From: Mayamaea pseudoterrestris
Lineage: Eukaryota
Length of the DNA: 64,000 nt
Direction: 5' to 3'
NCBI GenBank assembly: GCA_027923505.1
Contig: BROI01000020.1
Location: 558,001 to 622,000 of the forward strand
Position numbers and translations under genes: made by a program
Shown here: one piece after another, positions 58,738 through 64,000 of the stretch
Position numbering within the stretch: position 1 is the first letter of the stretch
How the letters are laid out: every line of letters begins with the position of its first letter
The notes under the pieces: generated by a model
Told to the model about the DNA's origin: nothing
Database searches by the model: none
What the model saw: only the letters and a program-made list of their open reading frames with translations

Positions 58738-59475
58738 TCATTCCTTGGCGTTGTTCACTGCCATTTCCAACATGTAAGCCAATTCCTGAACCTGCGCGTC
58801 GTCCTCGCCCTTTAGCTTTGTGTATATGCATATCGCTTGCTCCAGCTCCTGCGCTGCCTGCACGTAGTTTCCCAAGTGGTCGTGCATGGTACCAAGCTTG
58901 GCGTGCAGCTCGGCCCGAATTTGTGTTTCGACAATGTCAGCGCCTTCTCCCGACACCAAGCTCTTGGCTAGATTGAGAGTTTCAATGGCTTGTTCAAAGT
59001 CACCCTTGGATTCCAGTACCGAACCTAGCTTGCTGTAGGCCGTTGCCAAGTTCTTGTTGCATGCGCCGTCGCTTCCGCTGCCACGCTGCTTCCAAAGTTC
59101 AATGGCATTTTGATGCGCCTTGATGCTTTCCGGATAGTTGCTAGCCTGAAACATGGCGTCACCTATCAGTGAATGAGTCGATGGATCGTTGGCATCCAAA
59201 GCGAGTCCCTTGCTCAATTGTCCAATGGCCTTTTCTGGTTCATTCATGCGCGTCCACAAGGCTCCAATCGTTTGACAGCATTCCAGTTCTGCTCCACCAT
59301 CCAGTTTGGCAATGCGATTCCACAACATGATTTGCAGCTGCAGCATTTTGGACTCCTCCGGTGAGTTTGGTTGCGTCAACTCGCGAACGGAATGTGCCGC
59401 TGTGCGCACCTCGGAAACATCAGACGATTGCAAAACTTGCTTAATGTGAGCGGCGTCAATCACTGGAGTTGTCAT
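58738..59475 (-). CDS. Tetratricopeptide-repeat protein
   Basis: Repeated A..(Y/H)..LG.....G....A....A patterns, e.g. ATAYSKLGSVLESKGDFEQAIETLNLA and AELHAKLGTMHDHLGNYVQAAQELEQA. Confidence 0.88.
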   Translation of the reverse strand: MTTPVIDAAHIKQVLQSSDVSEVRTAAHSVRELTQPNSPEESKMLQLQIMLWNRIAKLDGGAELECCQTIGALWTRMNEPEKAIGQLSKGLALDANDPSTHSLIGDAMFQASNYPESIKAHQNAIELWKQRGSGSDGACNKNLATAYSKLGSVLESKGDFEQAIETLNLAKSLVSGEGADIVETQIRAELHAKLGTMHDHLGNYVQAAQELEQAICIYTKLKGEDDAQVQELAYMLEMAVNNAKE

Positions 59476-59997
59476 TTTCGTAGTGTAGCGATTAGTAGCA
59501 GCGAAGGCAATGATTACAAATCACTTGATCGATGGCTCGAACAGTTTCGTTTTGGGCTGTTGTGACTTTGTTGTTTCTTGACGCCAAGTTGCCGCAAGGA
59601 ACGAGCATACGCACCGTCGTTGAACCGTCGTGCCAAAAGATTTCGAGTCATAAATCACAAACGACATTTCTCAAAATGACTCGTTTTTAGTATAGCCCAA
59701 GTACCGGTGCGTCGCTTGCAATCGTACGACGACGGGACCGCCACCTTCACGTCGTTGTCATTGTTACTCTTTCATTTATCGTAGAGTAAATCTTCTAGTA
59801 GCAAGCATGTCGTCTCATCCAACTGCAAAAAGAAAGTTATGATATTGTTGGTGAGGTATGCCAAGGCCCTGTACAGCAAATATAGATAGTAAGTAAAAAC
59901 ATAGGATTATTTTAAACATCTACATCATGTAAAGCTCACCCAGTTTGGTTCAATGTCAACAACTCCTTCTCCCTTTTGAATGAACGATTATGGGTCG

Positions 59998-60993
59998 TTA
60001 CGATGCGCAACACATGCATATCTGCCGTACTTGGTGCATCCATCTGCGCAGCCTCAGGGTGATAACTTGGAAGTTGCTCATCAATGCCCGACAGCATCTC
60101 GCGATAAGATATATATATATATGAAACGGATCCCCTTCGGCGAACAAATCTTCCAGATGTGGTCCAATAAACATTGATTTGTTTTCGAACTTCGACACGA
60201 CCAACCAGAAACTCGAATTTTCCAACGAATATAGCGTTGAATCTAATTCCTCGATAACACGATCTAAAGCAGCGTCCAACTCCTTTCCTTTTTTCTCGAC
60301 GGGCTTGATAATGTTGATTTGCTGAAGGACGTAGGCACGCCGATCCGTGCGCGGAAGATTAGGGTTGGGTGCAGAATCAGAACTCCCAGCAGGATCGATG
60401 AGAGCCGGCAGACCTTGTTCGCAAGCTATGAAGACGGCCTGCCAAAAATCAAAATGCATCTGTCGCAACTTGGTGAGAATTTTATCAATGTCCTTTATAA
60501 GTCCGTCCAAAAAAATTTTGGAGGCCCTGGCTAGATCTGAATCAATGGTGGGCACCTCCGCCTGCTTCGCCACCGCCGCTTCCTGCGCCGCCTCTTCCTC
60601 CGCCTCCGCTACCTCCAGAGGATCCTGCGCCGCCTCTTTTTCCGTTTCCTTTGCCGCCGCCGCCGCCGCCCGCGCCTCCGCTTCCAAATCCTCCGCCACC
60701 GCCTCTTCCTCCGCCTGCTGCGCCTGCTGCGCCTTTGCCAGATGCTGCGCCTTTGCCAGCTTCACATGGTACATGAATGCTATTGGGTCGATCATGGCTC
60801 GGAAATTTAGGATCCTGCACGAGACTTCTGAGAATTTGATGGGTATTTTATACAGCTTATCCTCGCCATCCTTAGCAGCAAACGGATTAGTCAAGTCGAG
60901 GGGAAGCTCCGTCTTTTGGTTGTCCTGCGTACCAGGCGCACCCTGTTCATTCGGATGCGCGCCTGTGATATTGCCTACCGGTGGTTCAGTCAT
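59998..60993 (-). CDS. Hypothetical protein with an Ala/Glu-rich coiled-coil insert; C-terminus uncertain near an (AT)n run at about 60109-60123
   Basis: 331-aa ATG ORF with a low-complexity EA-rich middle; no family recognised. Confidence 0.55.
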   Translation of the reverse strand: MTEPPVGNITGAHPNEQGAPGTQDNQKTELPLDLTNPFAAKDGEDKLYKIPIKFSEVSCRILNFRAMIDPIAFMYHVKLAKAQHLAKAQQAQQAEEEAVAEDLEAEARAAAAAAKETEKEAAQDPLEVAEAEEEAAQEAAVAKQAEVPTIDSDLARASKIFLDGLIKDIDKILTKLRQMHFDFWQAVFIACEQGLPALIDPAGSSDSAPNPNLPRTDRRAYVLQQINIIKPVEKKGKELDAALDRVIEELDSTLYSLENSSFWLVVSKFENKSMFIGPHLEDLFAEGDPFHIYIYLIARCCRALMSNFQVITLRLRRWMHQVRQICMCCAS

Positions 60994-61148
60994 GGTTCCT
61001 CAACTCGATGATCAAGAGCTTCGAAGCAAAATAATAATGGAGCAGAATTCTTCCCTTTGCTTTGCTGCCGCCGTCGACGACGGATTTTTTGGTCACAACC
61101 CCCGCTCCTACGCTAACCCCTGAGAGGGTGGTCACGGGATTGGATTGA

Positions 61149-62040
61149 TTGAGTCGTGCCGCACCCCATGCGAAAAAGCGCGGCGGACGCTTTCCGGGTT
61201 GGTTTGGTCGATTTTCATGGCATCGCCATTTTCGTGCTGGATTTGCGGGACCAAGGAGTCATTCCATTGTAACCATTAATACGTCGTTGGAGCAACAAAG
61301 ACGCAGGGAATTTGAATCCGTTGGAACTATTGACGCGGGACCAATATTGAGTGAGTGAGGCGCCTCCATATCAATTGTCACTGACGTTTGCCGCGCCAGC
61401 GAAACGCTTCGTTCCATCATTGCCCGAGACGTTTTGCCGCTTCTACTGGATTTCTTCATTCGTGACTTTGAAAACGACCGGCACTACGCGAGACTGTTTG
61501 CAAAAATGCTTGGCGACTTGTTGGAGCGAGAGGATCCTGGTGGCGATGTTCCGGCTGCTGCTGCTGTCGATGACGGCACGAAACGTGTCAAGGACGAGGC
61601 AGCTTGCGACACGAATGCAGCAGACTGGAAGACGCAAGCCAGTGACGACACTCTTGCCACTCCAGGCTTTTTCGATGTCATCATTGCCTTTGCCAGCGCC
61701 GAATATATTGACGAGCGACCAACGTCTGTCAAACTGGCAACCTCCATTGGCGACGAGCTACAGAAACGTTGCTCGCGTCGGCGCCAATTCGTTGCGTTGC
61801 ATCTGGCGATGGCGCTCCGTAACGTTGGAGTAGTGGTGAAGGAAGATGAAGATTCCATCGAATCGAATGAGTCTGACGAGTATTCAGTGGACGAAACGGT
61901 AGATGCCGTCAATTCGAATGCTCTGACGAGTATGCATCGGGTTCCTACGAGGACGTTGACTTCTACTACGATTACTGCATGCTCGGTTTGGGCTCGTAAT
62001 AACGACGCGCTAGTCTAAGCATTCATGTTGCATCAGTCCT
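61149..62040 (+). pseudogene. Possible decayed gene of unknown family
   Basis: ORFs 61149-61358 and 61434-62018 share a frame and are separated by one TGA (61356-61358). The translation is protein-like and acidic, with no clear ATG start. Confidence 0.3.
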
Positions 62041-62221
62041 CGCTAGCGCTGAGTAGCAACTCGATCAGGTAGTAGACTATTAACTGACTATCCACACTAT
62101 TTACATCGTCGGCGAGCATTGTTCGCATCATTGTCGAGCCGATCGGGCTAGCATCCAAAATCGCTTCGACCAGCAGGCCACTACCAACTTGCTTGAGTCA
62201 CTTCCATCATACTTATCGCTG

Positions 62222-62725
62222 CTACTGCCCTCGCAGTGCTTGTCGTTGACGTCTCCTGGTTCTCGTCGAATGTTTTCGCTCATACTCATAGTACTCCTTC
62301 AACTGCTCATCATACACTTGCGTTTCTCGTCGCAGCTGCTCCACCATGGCGCGCACCACCGTCAGTTGCGCTTTCGTTTGCCGCGTCTCCTCCAGTTGGT
62401 CGTCCATTTCTTGACTCAAGCTTTGGACGCGCTGACGAACCATGTGCATGCGACGAAACACGTCATTGACCTTGTCGTACATGATTTGGAGACGAAGTGT
62501 TGTCGTTGCAGCTTCTGGTGGTTGTAGTTGCTGGTGATGGTAACCGTTTGCTGATGCGATTGGTAGCGAGTAGCTCTGGACTGATACGGCAACCCCTTGG
62601 AGCGTAATCTTTGGCTCGACTTGCTCTGATGGAGACGCTGTCGAAAGAACATTGGATGGAATCAAGTTCGGATCGTCGTCGTACCAATGGACGCGCTTCA
62701 TTATTGATGGTTGAATACTTGACAT
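62222..62725 (-). CDS. Small coiled-coil protein of unknown function
   Basis: MSSIQPSIMKRVHWYDDD (RVxW, PP1-docking-like) followed by a heptad-rich C-terminal half. Confidence 0.6.
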   Translation of the reverse strand: MSSIQPSIMKRVHWYDDDPNLIPSNVLSTASPSEQVEPKITLQGVAVSVQSYSLPIASANGYHHQQLQPPEAATTTLRLQIMYDKVNDVFRRMHMVRQRVQSLSQEMDDQLEETRQTKAQLTVVRAMVEQLRRETQVYDEQLKEYYEYERKHSTRTRRRQRQALRGQ

Positions 62726-63148
62726 TTCGATTCCCAAGAAGAATACCCGACGATTAGTTCAATTGGATGCTTTTTCAAACTATTCGAGTGTCCACTTGTT
62801 GCTTTGGGAAGCAAAACGGCCTCATCCATCTTCACGGATCCGAGGCGTTGAAAAATGCGATGCGGCTTGCTTGTCGATCGAGCAAGCATGCCCTGTCACA
62901 TACGGTGCCCTTGCGAGCCAGTCCTGTTGTATCCGTTGAACGTTCGAATCAGAATTTCTTCGACCGAAGAATGACGAGCGAACGGCCAATGAGCGTGTCG
63001 TATCGTTACAAGATTAGTCATTGTGACAACCTCGCGGAGTAATCACAATGACCCAGTCAATTTTGTGATCGTGTCAAAATCGATCGACTGACTGCTCTCG
63101 ACGATCAATCGATCGATCCGACACCAGTCGACAATTCCTACGGCAAGC

Positions 63149-64000
63149 ATGAAACATGCTGTGCTGCGGCTGGTCCTGCTGCTTTGTTCCGGGGCAACTT
63201 TACTTGCTGATGCAGCTCGAGATCCAAGAAAGCAGTCGGATGCAGTCGATGACGAGTCGGAAGTGCGAGTCGTTCCAAGCAGAAGCGCAATATTGACGAC
63301 ACAACGCTCCTCGTCGCTAGCAACTGACGATGGCGTTCATAATGGTCAATCGGCAGACGTATTGCCGTCATCGCAGATGCCTTCCAAGTTATCTGATCCA
63401 TTGTCTGATGAGCAGACTCGAATTATGCGGCAAAAAGTGAAGACACTGCCCGACGACAAGAAGCTTAATATTCTCATCATTACGATGGATCAGCTACGAT
63501 ATGACTACTTGCAGTTCATTCAAGAAAGTATGCCGATATATAAAGACAAACTGAAGGTGAAGACTCCCAATATTGATCGCCTCGCCAAGGAAGGGGTTTG
63601 GTTTCGAAATGCCTACGCCCAATTCTCCAGCTGCTCGCCAGCCCGAGCAACCCTACGGACCGGATGCACCATTGAACGACACGGAATTGACGGCAATCAA
63701 ATGCTTCCAAACTATATGAATGATCCGCTGGCCAAGCGCAAAGTTGACTCCGCTCGCACATATGACCAGCTGCTTTTCGAGCAAGGATATCAAGCGGAGA
63801 GTTACGGCAAGTTTCACCTTCCTGAACGATGGTACAGAAACACCAACGACACCCAAAATGCCATTATGTACAACTCGTATGATCTGGAAATGACGACGCC
63901 AATCTTTGTGGCCGAAACACGCAGTGTTGACGGGTATCGCAGTCAGGTTGAGTATTGGATTGCTCAAGACAATATCACACAAAGCCGCCAACCAGGCATG
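63149..64000 (+). CDS. Secreted formylglycine-dependent sulfatase, 3' end outside window (absent from the ORF track)
   Basis: Manual translation from ATG 63149: signal MKHAVLRLVLLLCSGATLLADA, then NILIITMDQLRYD, TPNIDRLAKEGVWFRNAY, CSPARATLRTG (CxPxR) and YGKFHL; the frame stays open to the window end. Confidence 0.93.
   Translation, partial: MKHAVLRLVLLLCSGATLLADAARDPRKQSDAVDDESEVRVVPSRSAILTTQRSSSLATDDGVHNGQSADVLPSSQMPSKLSDPLSDEQTRIMRQKVKTLPDDKKLNILIITMDQLRYDYLQFIQESMPIYKDKLKVKTPNIDRLAKEGVWFRNAYAQFSSCSPARATLRTGCTIERHGIDGNQMLPNYMNDPLAKRKVDSARTYDQLLFEQGYQAESYGKFHLPERWYRNTNDTQNAIMYNSYDLEMTTPIFVAETRSVDGYRSQVEYWIAQDNITQSRQPGM

Noticed and set aside
7586..64000. A glycan/sulfation gene cluster (sulfotransferase, expansin, FUT-like, sulfatase)
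   Set aside because: The genes are spread over 55 kb among unrelated housekeeping genes; nothing in the sequence indicates co-regulation.
1..64000. tRNA or rRNA genes
   Set aside because: None recognised by eye; a covariance-model scan would be needed to exclude them.

Overview
Gene-dense eukaryotic nuclear DNA with short GT-AG introns, most likely a diatom (inferred from a diatom-type Ty1/copia element, a cyclase-phosphodiesterase fusion gene and bipartite plastid-targeting leaders). About 28 protein genes or gene remnants can be read, including TGS1, SMC6, proline dehydrogenase, Nas2/PSMD9, a subtilase, a sulfatase and an expansin-like gene. A three-gene block (DUF2252, 2OG-Fe(II) oxygenase, aldo-keto reductase) occurs twice, 24.8 kb apart. 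A young copia LTR retrotransposon (8240-13396, TSD TGTGG) splits a sulfotransferase-like gene. It shows no recognisable tRNA primer-binding site; instead the PBS position is a perfect 15-nt complement of a sequence inside its own 5' LTR, in the geometry expected for self-primed reverse transcription. Other highlights are three related ~70-85 aa microproteins around PRODH, and a 169-bp hairpin-rich tandem array just upstream of an orphan gene made of two copies of one unknown domain. Several frameshifts look like long-read consensus errors, so the pseudogene calls are provisional. All family assignments come from motif recognition by eye, not database searches.
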